Source: Octopus vulgaris | Taxonomy: Eukaryota | Length of the DNA: 64,000 bases | Reading direction: 5' to 3' | Assembly (NCBI GenBank): GCA_951406725.2 | Contig: OX597833.1 | Span: 52,700,001 to 52,764,000, forward strand | In this document: positions 27,905-42,131 of the stretch, one piece after another | Layout of the letters: each line of letters opens with the position of its first letter | Numbering within the stretch: position 1 is the first letter of the stretch | Position numbers and translations under genes: made by a program | The notes under the pieces: model-generated | Told to the model about the DNA's origin: nothing | What the model saw: the letters and a program-made list of their open reading frames with translations, nothing else | The model's database searches: none

Positions 27905-29100
27905 CACCACTACCACCTAAACGTCCACAGACACCTCATCACTATCATCACTGCCACCACCATTGACAATACAACAACTAAGACTAGCGCTAATGATACC
28001 ACCCATCACCACCACTACCATGCAATCACTGACGCCATCATAACCACCTCTACTACTGGCAATACTATGAGTACTACCACTACGGCTACCGACTTTGTTG
28101 CACTACGAGCACCACCACTACCACCACCAACACTACCGACACTGCGCTATCACCATCGCTGACATCGCGACTAATATAACAACACCCATCTCTGGCACTC
28201 TGGTAAATATCATCACCAGCATCACTAGCACCACCACTACCACCACGACCACCACTACCCCGCCAAGAAAGTGTGAGAGTCGCGACCACCCTCTGCCGGA
28301 GCCTCATTGACCTTTGGGTGTTTTCCTTCAATAAACACTCACAACGCCCGGTCTGGGAATCGAAACCGCGACCCTACGACCGCGAGTCCTCTGCCCTAAC
28401 CACTGGGCCATTGCGCCTCCACGCATACATACATACATACATACATACATACATACATACATACATACACACATACACCACCACCACCACCACCAATAAC
28501 AACAACAACGGTAACACTGACGCCATTACTGTTACCAACTGTACTTCCGCCACCAATAGCACTTCCGCCACCAATAGCACTTCCGCCAATATCACCACCG
28601 ACACCACCATCACCACCACCACCATCACCACCACCAACTTCACCACCAACACAATCACCATTACCACCACCACTACCATCGCCATCAATATCAATACTAC
28701 CAGAATCAACACCACCATCATCACCAGCACCACAAATACCAACACAACTGCCAACACCGCCATCACCAGAAACACCAACACCACCACTATGATCAGAGCC
28801 ACCACCACCACCACCACCACCAACAACAACAACAAAAACAACACGACCACCTCTACCAATACCGCTAAAATCAACACCACCACCACAATTACTACCGCCA
28901 CCACAACCACAACCACCGCCAACAACACCACCACCGCCACCAACAGCAACAATAACAACGATAACGACAATACCACTACCACCGCAACCACCTCAACCAC
29001 CACCATTACCAGCACTAACAAGCACACCAGAATTAACACCATCACTAACGCCATTACCTTCTCAGCCACCATTAACAACAACAACAGCAACAAACATAAC
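27905..29100. repeat. Degenerate (ACC/AAC)n trinucleotide region interrupted by a SINE C
   Basis: Directly visible. It generates the spurious T/N-rich and V-rich ORFs. Confidence 0.85.
28263..28422 (-). mobile_element. SINE family C, 5' half
   Basis: CACTGGGCCATTGCGCCTCCAC head, as at 63561-63585. Confidence 0.8.
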
Positions 29101-29364
29101 AAAAATCTTTAAAAGCTGTCAGTCTGTAGGAGGAAGAGCGGGAGGGATGGGGAGAGGAGGGAATTACTACAGACTAATTATCTCATCAACAAGCAGTCAT
29201 TTAACAAGGGTCCGGAGGGGACCAGTGGGCGACTGTGGAAGATATGAGACTCTGAGAAAGACATCTCGATGGATTGTTCACAGATGTGGCAAGAACGGTT
29301 GTGCCGGTTAGAAGGCGCATGCGCAGAAGCTATTTTATGAAACCTTTACCCTTGGTTTGCGTCC

Positions 29365-29910
29365 TCTTCTTCTTCTTCTTCTTCTGCTTCTTTTTCTTCT
29401 TTTTTTCTTTTTTTCTTTTTCTTCTTTTTCTTCTTTCTTCTTCTTTCTTCTTTTTTTCTTTTTTCTTCTTTTTCTTCTTTTTCTTCTTTTTCTTCTTTTT
29501 CTTCTTCCGCTTCTTTTTCTTCTTCCGCTTCTTTTTCTTCTTCCGCTTCTTCTTCTTCTTCTTCTTCTTCTTCTTCTTCTTCTTCTTTTTATTTTTCTTT
29601 TTCTTTTTCTTTTTCTTTTTCTTTTTCTTTTTCTTTTCCTTTTCCTTTTCCTTTTTCTTTTTCTTTTTCTTTTTCTTTTTCTTTTTCTTTTTCTTCTTCT
29701 TCTTCGTCTTCTTCTTCTTCTTCTTCTTCTTCTACTATTTCTTCTTTTTCTTCTTCTTCTTCTTCTACTACTACTACTACCACTACTGCTGCTGCTGCTG
29801 TTTCTTCTTCTTCTTCTACTACTACTACTACAACTACTACTACCACTACTGCTGCTGCTGCTGTTTCTTCTTCTTCTTCTTCTTCTTCTTCTTCTTCTTC
29901 TTCTTCTTCT
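29365..29910. repeat. Compound (TTC)n/(TTTTTC)n/(CTA)n/(CTG)n polypyrimidine-rich tract
   Basis: Directly visible. Contains an internal duplication of a TTC-TAC-TGC cassette at 29750-29910. Confidence 0.95.
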
Positions 29911-30841
29911 AACTGGAAACTCTAACAAAAAGAGAGTGGGGTGTGAAAAACAGAGAGAGGGAGAGGGAGGAGAGAAGGAGGAGGAGGAGGAGGAGGAGGA
30001 GGAGGAGAAAAAGAAGAGAGTGATGCAATGATGCAATGAAAAAAGTGGTTCTAATAAAAGTCAATACCACCCCCACTTTTCCCCCACCTTTTGCTTACCA
30101 CTATTTCTACAAGTACTACCGCTACTGCTAGCTATACTAGCTACTACTACTAGCTACTACTACTACTACTACTACAACTACTGCTGCTGCTGTTGTTGTT
30201 GATGGTGGTAATGATGATGGTAGTGGTAGTGGTGGTGGTGGTGGTGGTGGTGACGTTATTGTTGATGATGATGTTGATAATGTTGTTGACGATGATGATG
30301 ATGTCTCTGCTGGGTTCGCTACACCTACTCTGTATGCTCGTGTTACGTCATCGACAGATCTATTTCATTAAACGCCATCATAATCGTCATTTGTCGCCTC
30401 CATTATCGCCTTTCTCGTCGTCGTCATCTGCCCTTTTCCTCCTCCTACTCCTCTTCTTCCTCCTCTTCCTCCTCCTCCTCATCATCATCATCAACATTAT
30501 CATCATCATCATCATCACTGACCCCAGTAGCAGTTTCAAATTATATTACAGTTTTTTCTTTAACAAGTTGGTCCGCTATAAATATAATTTTTTTAAAAAC
30601 TGTGGTTTCTTAATGGAATGTTCACGTGCCTATATCTATTTTTATGTGATAAGTAGGCAGATATTAATCTCACAAAGTACATATTAATTCTCCAATCAAA
30701 GCATTTGTTCCCAACGTGGTCAACAACTATTTAGAGTCGAGGCTGAAAGCTATGACCTATGCATAAGGAAAATATGTAATGGAAAGGCTAAATCCAGAGT
30801 CTACACGCGTCAAGGAAATAAGCGTATACTTACGTTAGGCT

Positions 30842-31110
30842 GTGGAGGCGCGTGGCTTAGTGGTTAGGGTATCAGCATCATGATCGTAAGATTGTGGTTT
30901 CGATTCCGGGACCGGGAGACGCGTTGTGTTCTTGAGCAAAAAACACTTCATTTCACGTTGCTCCAGTCCACTCAGCTGGCAAAAATGAGTAACGCTGCGA
31001 TGGACTGGCGTCCCGTCCAGCTGGGGAACACATACGCCATAGAAACCGGGAAGCCGGGCCCGTGAGCCTGGCTAGGCTTTAAAAAAGGGCGCATTTATTT
31101 ATTTTTATTT
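30842..31110 (+). mobile_element. SINE family D (tRNA head, CORE-like segment, CTGCGATGGACTGGCGTCCCGTCCAG body, (TTTA)n tail)
   Basis: A-box TGGCTTAGTGG and B-box GGTTTCGATTCC. A second copy lies at 54143-54387. Confidence 0.8.
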
Positions 31111-31408
31111 ACGTTATGCTAACTTCTAGGACACCTAGTTGTTTCTGTAATCAGTGTGTATGTATGTATGTATGTATGTATGTATGTATGTATGTATGTA
31201 TGTATGTATGTATGTATGTATGTATGTATGTATGTATGTATGTATGTATGTATGAATGTATGGATGGATGGATGGATGGATGGATGGATGGATGGATGGA
31301 TGGATGGATGTATGTATGGATGGATGGATGGATGGATGGATGGATGGATGGATGGATGGATGGATGGATGGATACGTATGTAAATATATGTACTTCGTTT
31401 CTGAATCT

Positions 31409-31598
31409 GGTGCTAAAAAGGTCCTGGCTTGAAGGGTATCGCGAAAAGATTGGTTGGAGGCCCAGCATTCCGTAGAAAAGCTGAAGGACCGTTGCAATAA
31501 GTGTGTGAATCTGAGAAAGGAATATGTTCAATAAAAATCATAAATGATCACCCTGTATTTTCTTTTACCCAAAGCCAGGAACTTTTCAGGACCCCCTC

Positions 31599-31599
<1 letters not shown>
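31409..31599. mobile_element. mariner-type MITE
   Basis: GGTGCTAAAAAGGTCCTGGCTT ... AAAGCCAGGAACTTTTCAGGACCCCCTCG inverted ends. Confidence 0.75.
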
Positions 31600-31646
<47 letters not shown>

Positions 31647-31760
31647 CTCGTATACAAGAATGTTGTTGACAGTGACTTCGAAGGTTCGGCCATCTAAGCC
31701 AGCGTTGGCAGTCTGACGACGGCTTACATATATGTGTATGTATATATGTATATATACATC

Positions 31761-32107
31761 GTGGCACTCCGTCGGTTACGACGACGTGGGTTCCAGTTGG
31801 TACAACCAACGGAACAGCCTGCTCGTGAGATTAACGTGAAAGTGGCTGAGCACTCCACAGACACGTGTAGCGTTAACGTAGTTCTTGGGGAAATTCAGCG
31901 TGACACAGAATGTGAAAAGGCTGGTATTTTGAATACAGGTACAAGAGGAACAGGAAAAAAGAGTGTGAGTCGCCACCACTATCTGCCGGAGCTTCGTTGA
32001 GCTTTAGGCATTTTCGCTCAATAAAACACAAAGCCCGGTCTGGGAATCGAAACAGCGACCCTATGACCGCGAGTCCGCTGCTCTAACCTCGGGCCATTGC
32101 GACTCCA
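31761..32107 (-). mobile_element. SINE C 5' half (31955-32107) joined to tail E (31761-31945)
   Basis: Homology to 28263-28422 and to 33458-33630. Confidence 0.7.
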
Positions 32108-32181
32108 AGCATATATATATATATACATACATACATGCATACAAACATACATACAGACATAATACATACACACACACACAT

Positions 32182-32248
<67 letters not shown>

Positions 32249-33192
32249 ATTATATATATTTATAAACATTTATATAAACATATATAAGTTTATATATTTA
32301 CCTGTATATATAGGCATATAATTAAAAATGTATACATACATATATATATGCATACATACACACACACACACACATATATATATGCATGTATGTATGTATG
32401 CATGTATGTATGTATGTACGTATGTATGTATGTATACATATCATGCCAAAGATACATACGGCTGTGTCCCAGCATGACCAAAGTGTGGAACCGCTAAAGA
32501 GTAAACGGGTAAATGATTCGTTACCGCCTAGTCACAGAAACGGATATCGCATTACTATGTTAATATCCAACCCGCCCGAATATTTCGTAATCAAGCGGTT
32601 TAATGTGCATTCAATATACTTTTGACTGTATAATTGCCTTATTATCAAGCCAATAATGTTCGAATCAAACGCAATCTTACGTCTTTGTCTGAACGAAGAC
32701 GGCAGACATGTGAGTGCATGCGTGTTTCTGTGCATGTGTGTATGTATGTGCGTGTGGTGTTTCTGTGTGTGTATGTATGTGTGTGTTTGTGTGTGGGTGT
32801 GTTTGTGTGCGCGTATGTGTGTGTACGTATGTGTTTGTGTGTGAGCGTGTGTGTTTGTGCATATGTGTGTTTGTGTGTGTGTATGAGTGTGTGTCTGTGT
32901 ATGTGTGAGTTTGTGTGCGTGTCATTGAGTGTGTTTATGTGAGTATGTGTGTCAGTGTGCTTGTGTGCGTGTGTGTGTATGTGTGTATACGTTTGATGTG
33001 TGTATGTGTGTATGTGCATATGTGTGTTTGTGTGTGTATGTGTGTTTGTGTGTGTATATGAGTGTGTGTTTGTGTGTGTGTGAGTTTGTGTGCGTGGCTT
33101 TGAGTGTGTGTGTATGTGTTAATGCGTGTATATGTGTCAGTGTGTTTGTGTGCGTGCGTCAGTGTGTGCGTGTGTGTGTATGTGTATGTGTA

Positions 33193-33277
<85 letters not shown>

Positions 33278-33457
33278 GTGTGTGTGTGGTGTGGCAAATT
33301 GTCCTTGTTTAGATTTTGAAAACTAATCTAATGTCTACGTAATTGGTCTCCTGTAATTACTTCAGGAGGAAAAATAAGACGAATATTTATTTCTCTTTTT
33401 GTATTTAATGGCTTACATCGATATATTTTAGCTCTTTAATTTTTAGACATCTAAAAC

Positions 33458-33760
33458 TGGCCCTCCGTCGCTTACGACGATGAACGTTCCAATTGATCCG
33501 ATCAACGGAATAGCCTACTTCTGAAATTAACGTGCAAGTGGCTGAGTGCTCCACAGACACGTGTAGCATTAACATAGTTCTCAGAGAGAATCAACATGAC
33601 ACAGAGAGTTGACATGGCTGGCCCTTTGAAATGAAGGAACTACACGTTTTTGCCTGATGAGTGGACTGGACCAATAAAGGACACAACACGTCGCAGGGAA
33701 TTGAACTCACAACAACACCACGGTCGTGAGTCGATTACATTAACCACTAAGCCACGCCAC
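33458..33760 (-). mobile_element. SINE with D-type head and tail E
   Basis: Head AACCACTAAGCCACGCC. Tail CCTCCGTCGCTTACGACGA...GAAATTAACGTGCAAGTGGCTGAG. Confidence 0.75.
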
Positions 33761-33762
33761 AT

Positions 33763-34438
33763 TATTAAGTTATTGGTGAATGCTGCCATAGTCCTTGACT
33801 TAAATTCATCTTTGGTGTTAAAGGAGTTTTGCTTGTCTCTCGCTGAACTGTGCCTCATACATAATAATCAAGGGGTTTGCAGTCTGGGGAGTTAGGTGGC
33901 CAGATGTTAGGGGTGATGTAGTCGCAGAAATTGTCTGACAGCTTGTGCGGCATGGTGCAAAATCCTATTGCCAGATATAGGGTCTCCGAGCAGCTACCCT
34001 CTTGACCCATGGCAGCACTACCGCCTCCAAGCACTTGATGTAGGCTTCTGTGTTGAGTGTGAGGCCGTGTGGGAAGATGAATGGAGGCAAAACGTCGCCA
34101 TCACTAGTAATCATTCCAAACACCATGATGTTGACTGGATGTTTGATTTTTATCACTCTCGGTACATGTCCTCAGATTACATTGTCCTGTGACTGACTCC
34201 CAAACACTATGAAATGTTCGTATTGGAACTTCCGGCGTGAATGCCAAGCAGTACAGCATATCGTTTCCGAATTTCTGGCAAAGTGAATTGCGTCATGGTT
34301 CTGTTTTTTTGGGGGTTTTTTTACAGACGGTGTCCAACTGACCCTACCATAGTGTGTAATCGACATAATAAACAATACACAATGCGCATATATGAAATTA
34401 AAAATATAAACTGGCGTCAATTTACCCATCGCATCTTG
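33763..34438 (-). mobile_element. DD37D (maT/Bmmar1-like) Tc1/mariner transposon relic, internally deleted
   Basis: The minus strand encodes KHPVNIMVFGMITSDGDVLPPFIF...YIKCLEAVVLPWVKRVAARRPYIWQ*DFAP and, in another frame, IWPPNSPDCKPLDYY. Probable terminus TA|CAAGATGCGATGGGTAAATTGACGCC. Confidence 0.8.
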
Positions 34439-34643
34439 TATATATGTATATGTGTATGTGGAGTTGATGTGATCAACTTACTCCTTCCCCAAAGATTGCT
34501 GGTGTTATGCCAAAATTTAAAATTATATTTCTATTATCTGTTAATTTTTAAAATTTTAAACATTTTTTTTTCGGGGTTGTGAAGGGACTTCATTCTATTC
34601 CTTTTGTAGAGACATGAAACAACTTAACTCTATTTCTGTATGC

Positions 34644-34896
34644 CTTTACTCTTTTACTCTTTTACTTGTTTCAGTCATTTGATTGTGACCATGCTGGAGC
34701 ACCGCCTTTAGTCGAGCAAATCGACCCCAGGACTTAATCTTTGTAAGCCTAGTACTTATTCTATCGGTCTCTTTTTACCGAGCCGCTAAGTTACGGGGGA
34801 CGTAATCACACCATCATCGGTTGTCAAGCGATGCTGGTGGGTGACAAACACAGACACACAAACATACACACACACACGCACACGCACACGCACACG

Positions 34897-34932
<36 letters not shown>

Positions 34933-35103
34933 CATATATACGACGGGTTTCTTTCAGTTTCCGTCTACCAAATCCACTCACAAGGCTTTGGTCGGCCCGA
35001 GGCTATAGTAGAAGACACTTGCCCAAGGTCTCATGCAGTGGGACTGAACCCGGAACCATGTGGTTGGTAAGCAAGCTACTTACCACACAGCCACTCCTAC
35101 GCC
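34644..35103 (-). mobile_element. SINE family A, full length
   Basis: Complete match to the family. Confidence 0.92.
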
Positions 35104-35504
35104 TGGGAAACAGTTCTGAAGATAATAGGAAACTTCTACAACTCCGCAACGAACAATCTTCAGCTTATATGCTTTTACAGCTCAAAAATTCAATAAGACT
35201 AATTTACCCGAAATGGCGCTGCTGAAGAACATACCACAGTTTATTGAGCTGGACGCATATACATATTTGTACGTGTGTGTGTATGAATGTGTGTGTATGT
35301 ATGTGTGTGTGTGTATGTGTGTATATGTGTGTGACAGTATGTGTGTGTTTATATATAATATGAGTGCATTGCGTTTAGTTCAAGGATCTAAAAGTATGTG
35401 ATCTCACATGTGACTTTGCTTACGTGTCAATAATTTTGTAACGGGCGTGTGCAAGTGTATGTGCTCTCATATATATATTATGTATACGTGTGTGTGTGTG
35501 TGTA

Positions 35505-35558
<54 letters not shown>

Positions 35559-36783
35559 AGAGGAGGGGAGGAGAGAGACTGTGTATTTGCGTATATGTGT
35601 GATGGCATGTCGTGCTTTTACGTATTATTGCGTGTATGCTTACGGAAAATATGCATAAATTGTAAAAGCAAAAACTGAAAATGTCCTTTATTGACACAGA
35701 TAGGGAATTAGTTTAACTGATGCCAACAGCAGCTGTAAGATTTGGAGGTGACGCCCATCTTAGCAAAAGGAAGAACAACGTCCAAAGAGACTCTAAGATT
35801 TACTTTAAAAATGAAAGACAGGCCGGGTTAGGAAGAAAGTATGAGAAAACAGCGATAGAGAAAATGAGAGTGGGGTGGACAAAAATGAAAGAAAGAAAGA
35901 AAGAAAAGAAGAAAGGAAGGAAGGAAGGAAGAGGCGGAGGAGAGAGAAGAGAGAGAGAACGATTAAGAGAAAGCAAGGAAGAATTTGACGAGAAAAAAGA
36001 CTGAACGAATTCTTCAAAATGTGTCTGACAAGCAGTGTTGCCACCTGCCGGCTTTTGCTGGAATAACGTGTCGGCTATTCACTCTCTGACTATCTGTTAC
36101 CCAGTTTTTGGCGGTTTGTTTGTTTTAATTGAAGTTTCAAGTAATTCCCAACAGCCTATTGAATACTGCCTGTGTACTAATTGACAAACGTAACAGTGTA
36201 TATTATGTGAAGGGGAACCTTAATTTGGCATTTAAAGCCATTGTCATTATATATACATTACATTACATAGCGACTGCCGTAAAAGTATAGGTACGATAGC
36301 AACGAACCGTGTAGGCTATCCGGTTTCGATTGCAAGCTGAATCTACTTCCTTTTATTTTAATTTCGGGTTTTTTTTCTTCTTTCTTTATTTCTTCTATAA
36401 TTATTTTGTTTGCGCCAAAAAGAGGAGGAACCTTTAAGCCGTTGCCTCACTTGCTAGAAACAACTACCAAATCTACCTCGAATAATATACTCTACTGTCT
36501 TAAATGAAAAGGAATGTCCTGGACGGGCAGTATAGTCTGATATACAAAAGGAAGGGATGGTCATATCTGGAATGCGTTTTATGACAGCTATACTTAATTA
36601 ACATCAGCAATTTCCCTTCTTAAATCATTGTAACCAATATTCCCCGGAGGCACGAGATGGGTGCACTAAACATTTTACATAAAGTGCGCCAGGAAGCTGA
36701 CAGAAATTATGCTTAGACACATACACACGCATATATACATACATACATACATACATACATACATACATACATACATACATACA

Positions 36784-36816
<33 letters not shown>

Positions 36817-36825
36817 GTATACATG

Positions 36826-36891
<66 letters not shown>

Positions 36892-37056
36892 CACTAATAA
36901 ATCTGAATAAAGGAAGTGTTCAGAATTATCTCCCTTGAGTACTCGGGTAAAAATTCTGACAGTTACCCCCTGGTAATTTCCCTTCTCAAATTATTTAATC
37001 ATTCTGTCATAATATAGAATGTTGAAAACATTTATCACTTTTGTTAAACAAACAAA

Positions 37057-37096
<40 letters not shown>

Positions 37097-37224
37097 AGCC
37101 TGGCTACGTGACCCACAGAAATCTCACCCCTCGTAAAGCTCAGCCATCATTTCACTGCTGAAGTGGAAATACATTTAACGCACGGAACACTGGAATATAT
37201 TTTGATACTATAGACTAGTATCAA

Positions 37225-37273
<49 letters not shown>

Positions 37274-37654
37274 TGTGTGTGTGTGTGTCTGTGTCTGTGT
37301 GTGCAATTTCATTTGGAAATCCACCCAGTAATTTACTCTATTAAGCTTCTCCGGAAGTATACTATCAGACACAGCAGAAACCTCGAAATTGTTTTATCAA
37401 ACACCTGTTCGAAAATTTGGCATTATCTGTACAGTTTTAATAAGGACAAGAAAGAACGGAGTGTAAATGCCTTTTTACTACAATAGTTTCATCTGAATTC
37501 AACATCATTAATTTTGCAATATTATGCAACAATATATGTAACTATTAATTCTTCAGAAGCCGTTGAAATGACACACATCGAATCTGACTCATCAAAATTA
37601 CGTATAAAAGTGATTTGCAGGAAAAACTTGAATCACCTAGAATTTATTCATATG

Positions 37655-38077
37655 AAGGCGGCGAGCTGGCAGAAACATTAGCACACCGGGCGAAATGATG
37701 CGGTCTTTACGTTCTGAATTCAAATTCCGCTGAGGTTGACTTTGCCTTTCATCCTTTTGGGGTCGATAAATTTAGTACTAGTTGCGTACTAGGGTCGATC
37801 TAATCGACTGGCCTCCTCCCACAAAATTTTGGGTCTTGTACCTATAGTAGAAAAGAATACAAGGAGGCGAGCTGGCAGAAACGTTAGCACGCCGGGCGAA
37901 GTGCGTAGCAGTATTTCGTCTGCCGTTACGTTCTGAGTTCTAATTCCACCGAGGTCAACTTTCCCTTTCATTCTTTCGGGGTCGATTAAATAAGAACCAG
38001 TTACGCACTGGAGTCGATATAATCGACTTAATCCTTTTGTTTGTCCTTGTTTGTCCTCTCTATGTTTAGCCCCTTGT
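37655..38077 (+). mobile_element. Two adjacent SINE B copies: tail-B unit (37655-37857), then tail-A unit (37861-38077)
   Basis: Same head and core, with different 3' segments after the GTCGAT-N4-TCGACT hairpin. Confidence 0.85.
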
Positions 38078-38502
38078 TTAGACCCATTCCGGGTCAGTTG
38101 CTTAAAAGTTTGTTATACTTGAGTAGAAAAGATAAAGTCATCTGCTGGTTAGGATTGACAATGGGGTTTGCACTTGTATACGCATGCGTAAGCAAATTAT
38201 TTTTTAAAGAAGATCTCCAGTTGCTCATACATGCAATTCTGTTCTCACCAGGCCACTAACATTTAGCAACAAGATGGCCTAGACTCTGGGCCGATAGAGC
38301 TTTGTACAGCTCTATCATAGCATCGAAATGCTAAGAGCCGGAAAACGTGGTGCAAAGCATCCAGCTTGAATTACATAACTATTCTTTTAATCTATTGCCC
38401 TAGATTGGTGCTTTCCTTTTTTCGTCGACTCGCAATGGAAATAACAGGAAAATTGATTTTGTCGGAAGTTGTCCTCAGACCGCCAAGATTCAGAACAAAT
38501 AT

Positions 38503-38912
38503 ACTCTTTTACTCTTTTACTTGTTCCAGTCATTTGACTGCGGCCATGCTGGAGCACCGCCTTTAGTCGAGCAACTCGACCCCGGGACTTATTCTTTTTG
38601 TAAGCCCAGCACTTATTCTATCGGTCCCTTTTGCCGAACCGCTAAGTTACGGAGTCGTAAACACACCAGCATCGGTTGTCAAACGATGTTGGCGAAAAAC
38701 AAACACAGACACACAAACATATACACACACATACATATATATATACATATATACGACAGGATTCTTTCAGTTTCCGTCTAACAAATCCACTCACAAGGCT
38801 TTGGTCGGCCCGAGGCTAAGGTAGAAGACACTTGCCCAAGGTGCCACGCAGTGGGATTGAACCCGGAACCATGTGGTTCGTAAGCAAGCTACTTACCATA
38901 CAGCCACTCCTA
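38503..38912 (-). mobile_element. SINE family A, full length
   Basis: Complete match to the family. Confidence 0.92.
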
Positions 38913-39588
38913 TGAATATTATCCAAAGCTCCTATAAGTCTGCCAATTTGCTTTGTTGCAGCCATTTCGCTTTCTTAGAAATTAAACCCTTCCGCAAACG
39001 ATAAATAATTATTAAATTGATAAAAGTAGGGTTAATATATGCAGCAGAATTAACACACTAAAGTAGGATTAAGTTGTTTTTATCGCTCACAGCGGGAAAT
39101 TACACAGAAGCACAAAAGTAAATAAAGATTTCTTATACCCTGGTATGAGAGCTGAAATACCTAGCGTGAGGTAACAGCCCATTAAATAGCTCCCCGCTAC
39201 AGGACTGTTAATTATTTAAGGACTTGTGGAGAAATACACAGGGATGTGCTCTGCATGAAAAAAACAAAAAAAAAAACAAATGGTGTAGTCGGTGCTAATA
39301 TATTTAATAGAGTGAACGAGGAAATATTAACTAATTAAAATTATACATGTGGTGAGGAGAAATGCTCATTAGCTTGCTCGTTAACTCTGGTCAAGATAGG
39401 TGGGGAGAATAATCACAAATGAGTAATATATGTAGTAGAAGTAGGTCTGAACTTGATTGCGGAGCTCTGTAAAAATTCTAGTTATGTTCCGGGCTTATTA
39501 CACTTTTTTCATCGTAATATAGTCTTTACTAATGTCCTACCAAAGGAACCTAACTATATATATATATATGTATATATATATGTATATA

Positions 39589-39681
<93 letters not shown>

Positions 39682-39684
39682 GTG

Positions 39685-39788
<104 letters not shown>

Positions 39789-39799
39789 AATATAAATAT

Positions 39800-41080
39800 G
39801 TTTCTTTATTAGCCACACAGGGCTGCACACAGATAGAACAAATTACAAGGTAGAGCTTTTCTTTTGAAGGTTTAAGAAAAAAAAAAAAAAAAAGGAAGGG
39901 GGAGTTTCGATCAAAAGGGATCGTAAAAGGAGAGAAAGAGGACAAAAAAAGGGGGGTTTAAAAAAAGGGGGGAGGAAAAAAATTGATCAATAGGGATCGT
40001 TATCACAGAAATGTCAATATGAAGTGTAAAGGGGAGGACAGGTGAGGTTTACCCGTGCAAAGAAAAGCCTACGGAAAAGACCACGGTAACCTCGGTCAAT
40101 GATGTCACATTTTATATTTCTTTTTTTTTTTTTTTTTGCAAATAAGCAACTCTCTGTTTTCGATTTCTGGGTTCATAGGACTATGCTCAAGGTGGCTTCG
40201 TCATTCATACGTGCCATTCTTGCTACATTCACCCATCTTTTTTAAAACATTCGCTAGACAAAACTTGCCTCTCTACTCTCACTTTCCTTTTCAAGTGGTA
40301 CTTGAAGAAGTTGATGGGAGATTGACCAGAGAGGAAAGTGTTTGTCTCCAATCCTTTCAGACGCGTCCACCAGATACATTCTTTCGCCATAGCCACAAGG
40401 ATGATGAAAATAGCTCTTCCTTCCCGTTTGAAGGAAGGAGGCGTGACAATATTGACGATAGACTCAGCTGATAAGCCGACTCGTCCCACACGTGACAGCA
40501 GTTGTTCGACATAAGCCCACAGGTCGGAAATTGTTGGACACTGAATGAGTGCGTGCAGAACGGTTTCGTCGCTCTGACCGCATCTCGGGCAGGTCGGCCC
40601 CGTGTTTCTCGAGCCGTGTCTGTAGAGCTTATCCCGAACGGGTAGCGCTTCTCGGTAGCACTGCCAGGCCAGGGATCTCTGGAAGTTGTCCATGGGCCCT
40701 GGCCCGAAAGTCGTCCTGAACAGGCGGGTCAGGTACTCCTCGTCGACGTCCAGGTTCGCCCCGAGCTCGTCGTCGTACCTCCCCTCCACTAAACCCCTAT
40801 AGAATGCTTTGGTTGTGTTGAAGTCACTTAAGGTCGACCCAGGACGGCAGAGTTGCTTGAGAGCAACGCGACACTCGCGGTGCCATTCGCCCTTCCTCGG
40901 CCTCTTTTTGATCCACGACTGCAGTTCGGTCATGGAGACGAGCTGCGGGAAAGCGTGCCTCACAAACGGCGACCACACCTGTTCACCGTCGTCTACATAG
41001 AGCCAGAGATGCCGCAGTCTCAGCGCGTGTCTGCGCATCATCAACCACGGCATGCCCAGCCCTCCTTTTAACGGGTGTTT
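39800..41080 (-). mobile_element. L1/Tx1-clade LINE, 5'-truncated (copy 2, about 1.28 kb), embedded in (GATA)n
   Basis: ORF2 C-terminus, pyrimidine-rich 3' UTR and terminal AATAAAGAAAC. (GATA/GACA)n lies at 39686-39788 and 41088-41443. Confidence 0.92.
40229..41080 (-). pseudogene. LINE ORF2 C-terminal region (post-RT part with zf-RVT-like CCHC finger), 5'-truncated
   Basis: Open from the truncation point: HPLKGGLGMP (P..GGLG.P motif of L1/Tx1), AWQCYREALPVRDKL and CPRCGQSDETVLHALIQC (CX2CX8HX4C). A 1-bp slip in an A-run near 40240 cuts off RWVNVARMAR... Confidence 0.88.
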
Positions 41081-41088
41081 ATAAATAA

Positions 41089-41180
<92 letters not shown>

Positions 41181-41342
41181 GTAGGTAGGTAGGTAGGTAG
41201 GTAGGTAGGTAGGTAGGTAGGTAGGTAGGTAGGTTGATAGATAGATAGATATATAGATAGACAGGCAGGCAGACAGGCAGGCAGGCAGTCAGACAGACAG
41301 ACAGACAGAAAGACAGACGGACAGATAGATAGATAAATAGAC

Positions 41343-41444
<102 letters not shown>

Positions 41445-41663
41445 ATTTGAAGAGAATCTGAAAAGAGGAGCAGGGCAAATACTCAGGTGCATGATCTGCT
41501 GGAGAACTACATAATTATTAATTATAAATAATAAATACAAGGAACTTTAGAATTATTACGTTAATTAATCATTTAATCGACTCTAATGACTGGATGTACG
41601 AAAGATGAAGTGGTCCATGGCATATTACTGTTGTGTATGTATGTATTTATTCACCTATATATG

Positions 41664-41718
<55 letters not shown>

Positions 41719-41739
41719 CACATGCACACACACACATAT

Positions 41740-42079
41740 CTCTTTTACTCTTTTACTCTTTTACTTGTTTCAGTCATTTGACTGCGGCCATGCTGGAGCA
41801 CCGCCTTTAGTCGAGCAAATCGACCCCGGGACTTATTCTTTGTAAGCCCAGTACTTATTCTATCGGTCACTTTTGCCGAATCGCTAATTGACGGAGACGT
41901 AAACACACCAGCATCGGTTGTCAAGCAATGCTAGGGGGATAAACACAGACACACAAACACACACATACATATATATATATATACATATATACGACAGGCT
42001 TCTTTCAGTTTCCGTCTACCAAATCCACTCGCAAGGCATTGGTTGGCCCGGGGCTATAGCAGAAGACACTTGCCCAAGA
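41740..42079 (-). mobile_element. SINE family A, 5'-truncated
   Basis: Ends at GACACTTGCCCAAG. Confidence 0.88.
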
Positions 42080-42131
42080 TACGTATATATAATAAATAGT
42101 AAATAATATATAATGTGTGTATACGTGCATA

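Noticed and set aside
28273-29112. 279-aa Thr/Asn-rich ORF (mucin-like) and the antisense Val-rich ORF
   Set aside because: Starts inside a SINE C, runs through (CATA)n and then degenerate (ACC)n. The openness follows from repeat composition.
29110-29360. Promoter/enhancer (NRF1-like GCGCATGCGC at about 29315; also TAAT-rich unique DNA at 39000-39450)
   Set aside because: Short motifs are expected by chance in this composition, and no linked gene is visible.
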